A stretch of DNA of 64,000 bases. Source: an uncultured archaeon (GTDB lineage: Archaea > Asgardarchaeota > Thorarchaeia > Thorarchaeales > Thorarchaeaceae). This document shows positions 26,921 to 36,306 of this stretch, piece by piece. The translations under genes were made by a program, and so were the position numbers. The stretch is from positions 13,814 to 77,813 of the forward strand of contig CAZVZC010000004.1 in NCBI GenBank assembly GCA_964631415.1, given 5' to 3'. A model generated the notes under the pieces. The model saw only the letters and a program-made list of their open reading frames with translations, searched no databases and was not told the origin of the DNA. Within the stretch, counting starts at the first letter, position 1, and every line of letters starts with the position of its first letter.

Positions 26921-28186
26921 CTAGTACTCTGGCTCTACGTTTGCTCTGACACTCGGAAACAACAGCCTGACGATGGGTTTCATTGACGCCCTGCAGGAAA
27001 CATCTGGCTCATGGAGCTGCAATTCATCGAGGGTTTCGTAGCCCATAATCAGACGGGTCAATGCATCAGGAGAGAATGCCGCATCATAATGTGCCGTACC
27101 GGCATCCTTGCCTTGAGTGACCTTGTGGAAAGCCCCATTCTCGAATTGGAGCGTGTAGAGGTCCCTGTAACTACTGATGATCAGGTTGCCTGTGAAGTTG
27201 TCATACTCAGTCCCCTTCAAGCGCTTTGTCAAGACAGATCCTATCGTTTCAAGAAAAGATGCGACTGAAGGAATCTTCACATACCACGCATAGACTCTCG
27301 GGAAGTGGTTGCGTGCAATCGCCATGACGACCTCTCTGACTGCTTCTTGGTCCGGAGGCACAACTCTGATACAGACTCCTCCAAGCTTAGTCGCCATGGC
27401 CTCCACGTGGCGCAATACACTTGCAGTGTGCTGTGGATTCTCTAGACAGAGCTCTGCAAGATTCAGCACCCCTTCGTCGCAGCGCAACGAGAATGAGCCA
27501 ACTATCGCACCTGCTTCTCTCACAGTGAAGAAGTTGTATGCGTAGCAGGTGAGCGAAACATCCGCATAATCGAGGTAGTCGTACTCGATAGACCTGAACT
27601 TTCGATAGAATGTGTGTTTCGGAGCGTGTTTCGCTCTGAATCTGAGGAACTGGTCGAGGCTCTTCTTGTTCACTCTCACGACGCTGACAGGCTCTGATTC
27701 TGCATCCTTGAGCTTGGGAATCAGCTCCGAAGGGACTATTAGGCCACCACCTAGAGATGCCGCATATTCGTACCCAAACATCCTGTAGAAGTATGGAATC
27801 CCTGCGATGACCCAGATCAAGACGCCCCGTTGCAGTGCTCGTTCTTCGTAGGCCTCGTTGAGCTTTCGGATGAGTCCTCTATTCCTGTACTCCTTTCGAG
27901 TGCCCACCATCTCCATTTGTGCCGCGGGAATCTCGGCTCCATCGATCACCCATGTCACCGGGAGCAGCATGATATGGGAAACCACGGTTCCGCTGTTCGA
28001 ATCGACTACGATGAAGCTGTCTTCTAGTTTGAAGTCCGCCATCCTTCTGTATATCGATTCTGTGAGCCCGACGACCCCTTCGTCATGGACGATAAGATTA
28101 TGCTCCAATATAGCAGAAAGATCCTCCATTGTGGCTGTCTTCAGAATCAGCCCATCACCGAGTTCCCTGTTCACTTTCCTATCCAC
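26921..28186 (-). CDS. Eis-like GNAT acetyltransferase with C-terminal SCP2-like domain; start likely GTG 28186
   Basis: QMEMVGTRKEYRNRGLIRKL, GIPYFYRMFGYEYA, C-terminal YTLQFENG...ALTRLIMGY...LFP. Confidence 0.85.
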   Translation of the reverse strand: MDRKVNRELGDGLILKTATMEDLSAILEHNLIVHDEGVVGLTESIYRRMADFKLEDSFIVVDSNSGTVVSHIMLLPVTWVIDGAEIPAAQMEMVGTRKEYRNRGLIRKLNEAYEERALQRGVLIWVIAGIPYFYRMFGYEYAASLGGGLIVPSELIPKLKDAESEPVSVVRVNKKSLDQFLRFRAKHAPKHTFYRKFRSIEYDYLDYADVSLTCYAYNFFTVREAGAIVGSFSLRCDEGVLNLAELCLENPQHTASVLRHVEAMATKLGGVCIRVVPPDQEAVREVVMAIARNHFPRVYAWYVKIPSVASFLETIGSVLTKRLKGTEYDNFTGNLIISSYRDLYTLQFENGAFHKVTQGKDAGTAHYDAAFSPDALTRLIMGYETLDELQLHEPDVSCRASMKPIVRLLFPSVRANVEPEY

Positions 28187-28389
28187 AACCTCTGGGCAAT
28201 ACTGTAGATTCGATGCCTTGGGCACAGAAAGCCTGCCGGAAGCGCACCAATGGCCTGTGACAACCAAGCCAGCCCCTTTATAGTTCACCTTCAATCGATT
28301 CTCGGCCGTTGCAACGGGAAGACGCTTCTTGGACATCGTTAATAAGAGGCGGTTTGGCCGTAAGACTACAGGTCGGGGCGTGCTCACGA

Positions 28390-29745
28390 ATGCTGCCGCT
28401 ACGCAAAAAAATCGGTTACGCCATGGGTCGGTTTCCGTCCTTTCTGATGACGTTCATCACGCTCACGAGTTTCTACATCTACGGCCATAGGTTTGAGCTG
28501 AACTGGCTGCTGACTGGCATATCTCTGTCTGCCTCGTATGTCGTGATTGGCCTGACCCACTGGTTCACAGGATACTACAGTGATAGTTTGAAGACACGAT
28601 GGGGGCGTCGACGCCCTTTTGTCGTGCTGGGAACACCGGCTCTGATCGTTTCCGGCTTCCTGCTCTTCGTACCCAACTGGTTCCTTGACATCGCCGACCC
28701 AGCCACTGAAACTCTGGTGTTTGTTTACTACCTTACGACTCTGTGTTTGTTCAAGTTCTCCTATGCATTTCTGATGACGGCGTACCAGGCTTGGTTGCCA
28801 GAGATTACCGATGAGAACGAGAGGCCGCTGGTGTCGAGCATGCAGAACACCGTCAACTGGTTTGCTGACTCGAGTGGTGCCGTGTTAGGAGTGATGTCAG
28901 CACTGCTCTTCTTGCAGGTGCCACCATACACCCTGACCAGTGATGGTGTCATGATTCTTGTGGCGTTCTGCCTTGTGACACTGGTGTTCAGTCTCCCCTC
29001 TATTCTCTTCATCAGGGAGAAACCAGACATCATAATCCCGGCAAGGAAATTGAGAGAGGAAACGAGTGTCGTCCTGCACAACCGTACCTATGTGGGTTGG
29101 ATACTTGCCGTAGGCTTTCTGTCCTTCACCTTCTCGGCATTCACAAGCCAGATCGTGGGGTTCCTAGAGCAGGTACTGAACCTCACAACAATCGAGTCGC
29201 TCATTCCTGCTGCACTCACCATGCTTGGATCCGTTTTCGTCTTCCTGTACCTCTGGATTACCGCGATACGTCGAATCGGCAAGCGAAAGTCGCTCATAGC
29301 AGGGCTCATTCTCCTTGCAGTCATGCTCCCTCTCACACCATTCTTGCGCGATATAGGCGGCTCAATTGGCTATACAGTCGTCGCCATAATGTTCTTTGTA
29401 CCCTTCGGAGCCGGCATGGCAATCTACTATCTCATGAGTTACATCGTGCCCGCAGACATCGCTCAAGTCGACGAGATTGTTTCTGGCGAGAGCCGTTCTG
29501 GAATGTACACAGGCTTCCTTGGCGTGCCTCTGAACATGTTCCAAGCAGCCTCAGCGCTAGTCCTCGGGTGGCTCATGGACTACTCGGAAGTGATGACGGG
29601 CGGCGAGCTATGGGGTCTGATGTGGTGGGGCCCGGTCTTCGCACCCACGCTACTGATCGCCGCATTGGTGCTTCACTTTATTGACATCGACCCCGACTTC
29701 AACTCGTTGAGGACACAAACAGAAACAAGTGAGAGCGAAAGGTAG
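28390..29745 (+). CDS. MFS transporter, GPH/MelB (MFS_2) type; start ATG 28390
   Basis: GYYSDSLKTRWGRRRPF, YQAWLPEIT, PADIAQVDEIVSGESRSGMYTG; about 12 TM. Confidence 0.9.
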   Translation: MLPLRKKIGYAMGRFPSFLMTFITLTSFYIYGHRFELNWLLTGISLSASYVVIGLTHWFTGYYSDSLKTRWGRRRPFVVLGTPALIVSGFLLFVPNWFLDIADPATETLVFVYYLTTLCLFKFSYAFLMTAYQAWLPEITDENERPLVSSMQNTVNWFADSSGAVLGVMSALLFLQVPPYTLTSDGVMILVAFCLVTLVFSLPSILFIREKPDIIIPARKLREETSVVLHNRTYVGWILAVGFLSFTFSAFTSQIVGFLEQVLNLTTIESLIPAALTMLGSVFVFLYLWITAIRRIGKRKSLIAGLILLAVMLPLTPFLRDIGGSIGYTVVAIMFFVPFGAGMAIYYLMSYIVPADIAQVDEIVSGESRSGMYTGFLGVPLNMFQAASALVLGWLMDYSEVMTGGELWGLMWWGPVFAPTLLIAALVLHFIDIDPDFNSLRTQTETSESER

Positions 29746-29842
29746 ACTGTTACCTCGGCCCTGCCCTCCTTCCAAGACAGGGCATTGCACAAGATTACAT
29801 TATATGCCGCGTGAGGTAGCACAGTCGGTAGTGGTGCATGTT

Positions 29843-30403
29843 ATGAACCGGTCCTGTCTGCTATGCTTGTACACCATCTTCTTTCTCGTCGGGCTCTTCG
29901 GTCTGGTATACGGAGGCCTCGGGTTCCTCACAGTGGGGCTCTTCGGTGCGATTCCTGGCTCAGGACTCCCTCCTGTCCTTCCAATCTCAATCGGCGTGGT
30001 CTTAGGGTTTGGAGGACTGTTCATGATTGTCAGCATGCTCAGGAAAGGTTCGATGATGTCTAGAGTCGTCGCCGTTGCCAGCGCTCATGACAAGATAGGA
30101 ATGGATGACATCAGCCGTGAGTCGGGCGTCGGCCCTACGAAAGTGAAGAGTCTGCTGTATGAGGCCATTGCGAAGGGACAGCTGCATGGTACAGTAAAAG
30201 AGTACACATTCATACGTGCCGAGCAGAAACCTGGTGAGAAGGTGACTATAGAAAGAGAGGTTCTCGTGTCACGCAAGCCCCCTGACCGCTGCATCAAGTG
30301 TGGAGCGTCCATCAACCCCAAGGACGTGGAGTGGGTGGGGCCAGACCAAGTCAGATGCCCACACTGCGGTACGACATTGTCCGTTTCGACCGAACGCATC
30401 TGA
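29843..30403 (+). CDS. 2-TM + winged-helix (PCI-like) + Zn-ribbon protein
   Basis: TM pair; MDDISRESGVGPTKVKSLLYEAIAKGQLHGTV; CIKC...CPHC. Confidence 0.7.
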   Translation: MNRSCLLCLYTIFFLVGLFGLVYGGLGFLTVGLFGAIPGSGLPPVLPISIGVVLGFGGLFMIVSMLRKGSMMSRVVAVASAHDKIGMDDISRESGVGPTKVKSLLYEAIAKGQLHGTVKEYTFIRAEQKPGEKVTIEREVLVSRKPPDRCIKCGASINPKDVEWVGPDQVRCPHCGTTLSVSTERI

Positions 30404-30487
30404 ACGAGCATCCGTCCCGTTTCAGTGTGCCTTAATAGCGTCAATTCTCAGCTTACGCCAGTTACAGTCCCCGAGTTGAATCAAAGC

Positions 30488-31315
30488 ATGCTCGATTTCA
30501 AGGGAGAGAATCGCATTCTCCAGTTTGAAGAGAGTGCAGGTAGGATTGTTTCCGAAGTGTCAACCCTTGATGGTGTGGTTGGCATCGTCTTCCTTGGCGG
30601 GCTCGTGAGAGGCTTCACGGACAGGTCCTCAGACCTTGACATAACGGTCTTTCTAGACGAAGAAGACCAGGGCCTGAGGAGAAAGATCGGACGGATAGGG
30701 CTTGAGGAACAGAAGAGGACAGGCGTTGATGTGGATCTTGAGGTTCACTGCCTTGAAAACTTCGAGAGGAAACGCTGGAGCGAGGTCGATAGATGGGACT
30801 ACAGTATTGCCAAGGTCGTATTCGATCCCATCGGCAAGGTGACCAAGATGATTAGCACGAAGCTAGAAGTTCCAGAAGAGTTCTGGGTGAGGCGGGTCGT
30901 GCTGTGCGCAGAATACATGAAGTGGTATTGCTGTCCACCGAGCAACAACATTGGCACAATCGCCGAAACTTCAGTCGAGAGAGGTGACTTGGCCACGGCA
31001 CAATACTGCCTGAATTATGGGCTTGACCTGCTGTTTAGGACCCTCTTCGCTATCAACAAGACCTTCCTCCCACCTCAGAAATGGCGGCTCATCTACGCCC
31101 GCAACCTGCCCTGGCTTCCCAGAAACTATGAGAGCACGCTAGCGGATCTCCTCACAGTCAAGAGCATTTCGAAGAAAGATGTGAGCAGAAGAATCGGACT
31201 GATCCGCAGTCTGTGGTCGGATATGTCAGTGAAGATGACAAAAGACATGGGACTGAGCCCGGACGCGGTTTCAAGATACTATATTGAGAAACACCTGCAT
31301 CAAGCGTCGGGCTGA
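30488..31315 (+). CDS. Pol-beta-type nucleotidyltransferase with DUF4037-like helical C-terminal domain
   Basis: GIVFLGGLVRGFTDRSSDLDITVF; FAINKTFLPPQKW. Confidence 0.85.
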   Translation: MLDFKGENRILQFEESAGRIVSEVSTLDGVVGIVFLGGLVRGFTDRSSDLDITVFLDEEDQGLRRKIGRIGLEEQKRTGVDVDLEVHCLENFERKRWSEVDRWDYSIAKVVFDPIGKVTKMISTKLEVPEEFWVRRVVLCAEYMKWYCCPPSNNIGTIAETSVERGDLATAQYCLNYGLDLLFRTLFAINKTFLPPQKWRLIYARNLPWLPRNYESTLADLLTVKSISKKDVSRRIGLIRSLWSDMSVKMTKDMGLSPDAVSRYYIEKHLHQASG

Positions 31316-31424
31316 GCGAGAAGTGAACTTTGAAGGAACATCGCTCTGTGAACGCTAGGCTGAATAGGGCGCCAGTCATGAGCATTTGTCAGTTCCTCAA
31401 TGGAGCCGTGGCCCGGTGTAAGAG

Positions 31425-32162
31425 TTGAGCAACCAGAACATTCGTGCAATCGTATTCGACTTGGACGACACCCTGTACACATCAGATGCGAGAATGCTGG
31501 ATGTAGCTCGAAGGCTGTTGGGGGAGGTTGGCCTAGACAAATGCAGTGGTCTATCTGATCAACGCCTTCAGGAAGCGTTTACTCGAGGACCAGACCGATG
31601 GCTCAGCGGGTATATGCAGAAGAACGACGCCGACCGACACTGGAAACCCTCTCGTGATTTGTGGGTTGAGTACGGCCGAAGGTTGCTGCAATCACTGGGA
31701 GTCAAGGAGTCCAAGGAATTCGCAGCGAACATGATTCTCAGATGGATGGGCTACGGAGTGGACATGCGCTCTCACTTGCCAGAGAAGTCTAAGCTGATTC
31801 TTGAAGAGTTACACTCGAGAAACTACAGGTTGGGACTGGCGACAAACCGGTGGGAAGACCCGACGCCGCTTCTTGATAGAGACTCAATACTGCACCTGTT
31901 CGATGCAGTGGAGTATTCACGTGTGCCCGGCTACATGAAGCCCTCTCCGTTCATGCTGATTCAAGCCGCATCTCGTTTGGGCACTAATCCCGCCAGATGT
32001 GCTTATGTTGGGGACTTCGTTAGCATTGACATCGAGGCAGCAAAGAGAGCAGGGATGAAACCATACCTCCTCACATGTTACAGCCATAACCACATGGAAC
32101 AGATTCCACCGGAAGTGATTGTTGTGGAGAGAATCATGGAACTGCTGGACTTGTTCCCCTAA
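31425..32162 (+). CDS. HAD-superfamily hydrolase
   Basis: FDLDDTL, LATN, KPSP, YVGDFVSIDIEAAKRAGM. Confidence 0.95.
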   Translation: MSNQNIRAIVFDLDDTLYTSDARMLDVARRLLGEVGLDKCSGLSDQRLQEAFTRGPDRWLSGYMQKNDADRHWKPSRDLWVEYGRRLLQSLGVKESKEFAANMILRWMGYGVDMRSHLPEKSKLILEELHSRNYRLGLATNRWEDPTPLLDRDSILHLFDAVEYSRVPGYMKPSPFMLIQAASRLGTNPARCAYVGDFVSIDIEAAKRAGMKPYLLTCYSHNHMEQIPPEVIVVERIMELLDLFP

Positions 32163-32337
32163 AGCGCCAATGTGTTGTTTACCTCGTGGACCACGACGTG
32201 AAACTGGTCCAAAGGTCATGAATGCCTATCTCTTGTCCTCAACCTGGCAGAAGGAATAAAGGAAACAGATAGATACGCTTCATCTAACAGTCCCTCAAGA
32301 GAACCACACACACACAGACGCTATGTGAGGTGAATCC

Positions 32338-33210
32338 ATGACCGATTCCATGACATCCACTAAGACCATCATTCGTGCTCCAATGGCTGAAGAGAGAGAA
32401 CGGTTCTACCAAGTCTACAACACCGGTCTGCCCAATGTCGATGAGATTGCTTTCGATCGATTCTCAAAATGGTGGGAAACAAGCACCAACAATGGGGACC
32501 TCGAGAAACTGTGGAGAGTAGCCGTCTTAGAACACCAAATCGTCGGGGTTGTGATTAACGCCGTTTTAGAACCACTGAGATGGGGCATGGTCTGGGAGTT
32601 GGCTGTACTTCCTAAACATCGAAACAAGGGCATAGGTTCCAGACTCATTAAAGAGTCGGAGCGATTGCTCGTCAAGCACGGAGGAGAAATCACGCATTTT
32701 GCCATTGGTGTGAAGACCCACAACACGCGTGCCTTCTCTCTCTATGAGAAGCTGGGCTACGGAGTGCAATTCTTGGTCCTTCGGTTGAGAGGCAAGGTCT
32801 GGAAGCCCGAGAAGACCCCATCAGTTTCGATTCACAATGCAGATGTCCGACATGCCGGAAGACTGTCGCGCCTTGTTTCCAATGCCTACTGGAGTACCAG
32901 AACAAAGGACAGCTGGAGGAGGCTGATTCCCATGGGGGACTGGCACGTGCTCACAACAAGAGAGGACTCGAAGATAGTTGGTGCCGTGAGCCTATCTGAG
33001 GATAAGAAGACCGGCAGCACCGAAGTGTCATTCAGCGCGAAACGCGGATTCGGTAACAGTGTGCTCGATGCTGCTTTGGACCTGGTGAAGACGAAGCAAA
33101 TCGATCTCTGGCTACAGGACGATCACCAAGACATCCTCGAGTATGTCTATCGGAGGGGGCTGAAGCGCGTCGACTCTGAGTATCTTCTGAAGAAACGCGT
33201 TGGCAAGTGA
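32338..33210 (+). CDS. tandem GNAT acetyltransferase
   Basis: VWELAVLPKHRNKGIGSRLI, NTRAFSLYEKLGY; second degenerate GNAT half. Confidence 0.85.
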   Translation: MTDSMTSTKTIIRAPMAEERERFYQVYNTGLPNVDEIAFDRFSKWWETSTNNGDLEKLWRVAVLEHQIVGVVINAVLEPLRWGMVWELAVLPKHRNKGIGSRLIKESERLLVKHGGEITHFAIGVKTHNTRAFSLYEKLGYGVQFLVLRLRGKVWKPEKTPSVSIHNADVRHAGRLSRLVSNAYWSTRTKDSWRRLIPMGDWHVLTTREDSKIVGAVSLSEDKKTGSTEVSFSAKRGFGNSVLDAALDLVKTKQIDLWLQDDHQDILEYVYRRGLKRVDSEYLLKKRVGK

Positions 33211-35348
33211 ATTATGAGGTGATACTCGTGCCATTCCGCGACTTTCTCACCGTGATAAGACCGCTACTGGACCTGTACGATGAATGCGAATACGAGGACG
33301 CATCCATCATAGCCAAGAAGGAACTCGCTGCTGCAACCGACCATGGACTGTCAGTCCTTCTGCAGGCACTGATGCTTCATTTCGAGGGCTACTCTAGGTG
33401 GGAGTCCTCATACGACTATGCGATGGCTAGGAACCTGTTGCGCCAAGCAGACGAGGTCATTGATGCGAGCGTCGATTCATGCCCAAGACTGGATCAGAAA
33501 GGACTGCGTTCGGTCAAGATACTCAATGGTGTCGTGACTTCGGCAATCGACCTTGAGAACGCTCTCATCTCGGCAGACCCACAATCGATGATGGAGTTGG
33601 CTAGCAGGGTGGAGAGTCTAGCTGAGAGTGGGCTTCAGCAATTGGAGGGTCTCGAGGAACAGAAGGGGGACTTCGTGGACTGGCTCCGATCACAGCTGAG
33701 AGTCTGGAAGCACTATGGGGCAGGAGTGGCCGCCTATGGCAGGGCAATGTCCGCACTAAGGACACCTAAGTTCAAAGAGGTATATCCTGAGTCGGAGAGA
33801 GTAATTCTCGCGAGCCTTGAGTTCCTCGACAATTATGGCGACGAAGACTCCTACACCGAACTCTCAAGCTACTACGCATTTCTGCAGCGCCATGCCGAGA
33901 TGGCTGACAGACACCCAGAGTATCTGGTTCTCAAAAACAACGAACTCACTTGGCTGTTCAGCTTCTGGGTTGAGGAGAAGTGCCTGAACACCATACTGGA
34001 CAGGCTAATCGAAGACGGCCGCGGATTCATTGACCATATGGGCTCAGCGGGCATACACGCTGAAGCCGTGGATGAGGACTCTCTCAGCGACCTGTTTGAG
34101 ACCGTGTTGGGAAAAGACCGGATGAAGAATGTGGTCATTCCATTGAAACCGGTCACCATGAGATTCAGAGGTAAGACCGTGTCATTGGCACTGTCTATCC
34201 GCCTGTACAGATATGCAGTTGGCAGCATCTATCTCAAAACGGAAGAGGATGAGATGACTGTTTCTGATTTACGAACTTATCTGACTTTCAATGGGCCTCA
34301 GTCGGCAGAGTATTCGATTGAGTGGGAAGACAGAGCATACAGATATCTGCCCGAGCTGGCCCTCGAAATTGTCGCAGCCCTGCAGGACACATTCAAGAAG
34401 ATCGAACCGAGTGCGGTCGTCAGATTCGTCCCACATCTCAATTGGTACGCATATGCTCTGATTCGTCGTGGCATATGGGGCAGGAGCGACAGAGGAGAAA
34501 CGGCACTCGCCCTCAATGAGGCCAGCGAGCACCCCGACTTCAGGGGTCTGCTAATAGGACAGATGGAGGCTCGTGCTGCCCTGAACGACTGGATTGCCAG
34601 AGACCCGCTTCGGTCCCGCAACCTGGCCCCGATACGCTCGCACACAACGGACCTCTTGGTGACGACTGAGAATCATGGAATCCTCTCTTTCCCAGATGAT
34701 CCTCATTGGGTGGTTGTGCAGTATCAGGAAACGATAGAAACAGTCGTACGTCTGCGCTGTCTGATCTCGACGCTCATAGAGATCGCAGGGGAGCTTCTGG
34801 ACTCCTTTGTTGAAGAGACCGCCGATCTTGCAGGAGAACTTGACAGCCTTGACGTTGATGTGGCCGAAAAGAGAATCGCAGAAACCCGCAGGCAGCTGTT
34901 GCCAGTGATTCACTTCGACACAATGGCGCACATGAACATCGAACTCATCCGTGGCACTTTCACATCCCACTTTCGGGACCACGCAGAACTGCTCAGAGCC
35001 GTAATGGATGCTGTGAATGTCAATCCCATGGTTGAGTTTCTGGAACGTAGACTAGGAATACTCTCTCATCATGAAACCCTCTTCTCCGAGATCGCGGCAG
35101 GGGTAGTGGAGAGAAGGGAGAAAGAGCAGGAGAAGATGGAGGCCAAACACGAAGAGCGACGGACTAGAGCGACTGAGCTGGTTGAGATATTCATATCTGT
35201 GCTGGCAATAGGCGAGATACTCGGCATGTTCTTTGGAGCCCTCAGGGGCGACCCCTTCTTGCTGGTCATTCTGCCGATACAGGAGTTCATTGTCTACGTC
35301 GCCACAATCATTGTGGTGTTCAGTCTGATCCTCTACATTCGTAGGTGA
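33207..35348 (+). CDS. large protein: helical (TPR-like) N-terminus + alpha/beta core + coiled coil + 2 C-terminal TM helices (CorA-like architecture, no GMN)
   Basis: GTGA overlap with the GNAT gene; long amphipathic helices, ERREKEQEKMEAKHEERR stalk, then LVEIFISVLAIGEILGMFFG and FIVYVATIIVVFSLILYIRR. Confidence 0.6.
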   Translation: MNYEVILVPFRDFLTVIRPLLDLYDECEYEDASIIAKKELAAATDHGLSVLLQALMLHFEGYSRWESSYDYAMARNLLRQADEVIDASVDSCPRLDQKGLRSVKILNGVVTSAIDLENALISADPQSMMELASRVESLAESGLQQLEGLEEQKGDFVDWLRSQLRVWKHYGAGVAAYGRAMSALRTPKFKEVYPESERVILASLEFLDNYGDEDSYTELSSYYAFLQRHAEMADRHPEYLVLKNNELTWLFSFWVEEKCLNTILDRLIEDGRGFIDHMGSAGIHAEAVDEDSLSDLFETVLGKDRMKNVVIPLKPVTMRFRGKTVSLALSIRLYRYAVGSIYLKTEEDEMTVSDLRTYLTFNGPQSAEYSIEWEDRAYRYLPELALEIVAALQDTFKKIEPSAVVRFVPHLNWYAYALIRRGIWGRSDRGETALALNEASEHPDFRGLLIGQMEARAALNDWIARDPLRSRNLAPIRSHTTDLLVTTENHGILSFPDDPHWVVVQYQETIETVVRLRCLISTLIEIAGELLDSFVEETADLAGELDSLDVDVAEKRIAETRRQLLPVIHFDTMAHMNIELIRGTFTSHFRDHAELLRAVMDAVNVNPMVEFLERRLGILSHHETLFSEIAAGVVERREKEQEKMEAKHEERRTRATELVEIFISVLAIGEILGMFFGALRGDPFLLVILPIQEFIVYVATIIVVFSLILYIRR

Positions 35349-35495
35349 AGCATCACCGGGGTCAGTAGTTCACTAATGATCTTGTGCACATGGGCGGCAG
35401 GAAGTGACCGTGAAACGGCCATGCCAAGGAGGAAGAATCTGTTCAGCCAATAGCGTAATTAGTCAGACTGGACCACGTGTAACACCAAACAGACC

Positions 35496-36230
35496 ATGAC
35501 CGTCCAAGGGTTCTCTGCAAACGCTGAGCAGGCGTGGAATGAACTCGAGTGGCTTGCCAGCGCTAGAGAGTTAATCCACTGGTCCAATACGACCAGTGCT
35601 GAAGAGCCCCTGATGCTAGTTGTCAGGCACTCCCACAGAGAAGTAATCGCCAGCTACGATGACATGATTGGCAGAGGACTGACCCCACTCGGGCACGCCA
35701 TGGCCAAGGAGTTTGGCAGGCGATTGCCGCCGCGAAAGAACGTCCATATATTCCACAGCTATGTGCCGCGATGCCAAGAAACTGCTGAAGATATCGCAGA
35801 AGGTATTCATGACAGAGGCGGGCAAGTAGACTTGGTTGAGGCATCAGACCTGCTCGTCGGCCCAATAGTGGTTGACCCTCAGTTGTGGCGGAAGCTGGGA
35901 AAGGATGGGATTTGGGTTCTCCAGTTCGTGAATGACTGGTCCAGAGGAGTGTTCACAGAGAGGCAGATTGAGCCTATTCAGGAGTTCAGGAGAAGGGTTG
36001 TTCGTGAGGTGATCGGGAAGCTCAGGATGGCTCCAACGGATTCGATGCGCCTACATGTGACCCATGACCTGTTCCTAGTGGCCGCAAGAAGTTTGCTACG
36101 GACAGCTTCTGCCAGCCGTGAGAGGCCCGCTTACCTCGGGGGGTTCGGTGTTTTGCTAAAGCCCGACAAGCTTGTCATCTTTGACGCGGGAAGAAGCGAG
36201 GAGGTTTCAACCCCGGAGCAGGAGCAATAG
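35496..36230 (+). CDS. histidine phosphatase (phosphoglycerate mutase-like) family
   Basis: LVVRHSHRE, LTPLG, SYVPRCQETA, LHVTHD. Confidence 0.85.
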   Translation: MTVQGFSANAEQAWNELEWLASARELIHWSNTTSAEEPLMLVVRHSHREVIASYDDMIGRGLTPLGHAMAKEFGRRLPPRKNVHIFHSYVPRCQETAEDIAEGIHDRGGQVDLVEASDLLVGPIVVDPQLWRKLGKDGIWVLQFVNDWSRGVFTERQIEPIQEFRRRVVREVIGKLRMAPTDSMRLHVTHDLFLVAARSLLRTASASRERPAYLGGFGVLLKPDKLVIFDAGRSEEVSTPEQEQ

Positions 36231-36306
36231 GCACCATTCGTATAGTTCGGAAAGATGACCCAATGCTGTGCACAGGTTCTCGGCATGTCTTCGAAACCCT
36301 CGTGCA

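Noticed and set aside
32187-32211. Inverted repeat TGGACCA-N11-TGGTCCA after the HAD gene
   Set aside because: Single 7-bp copy with no second site or T-tract; role cannot be supported
32303-32316. Short (CA)n run upstream of the GNAT-CorA-like operon
   Set aside because: Too short to support phase variation; outside coding sequence and recognisable promoter elements
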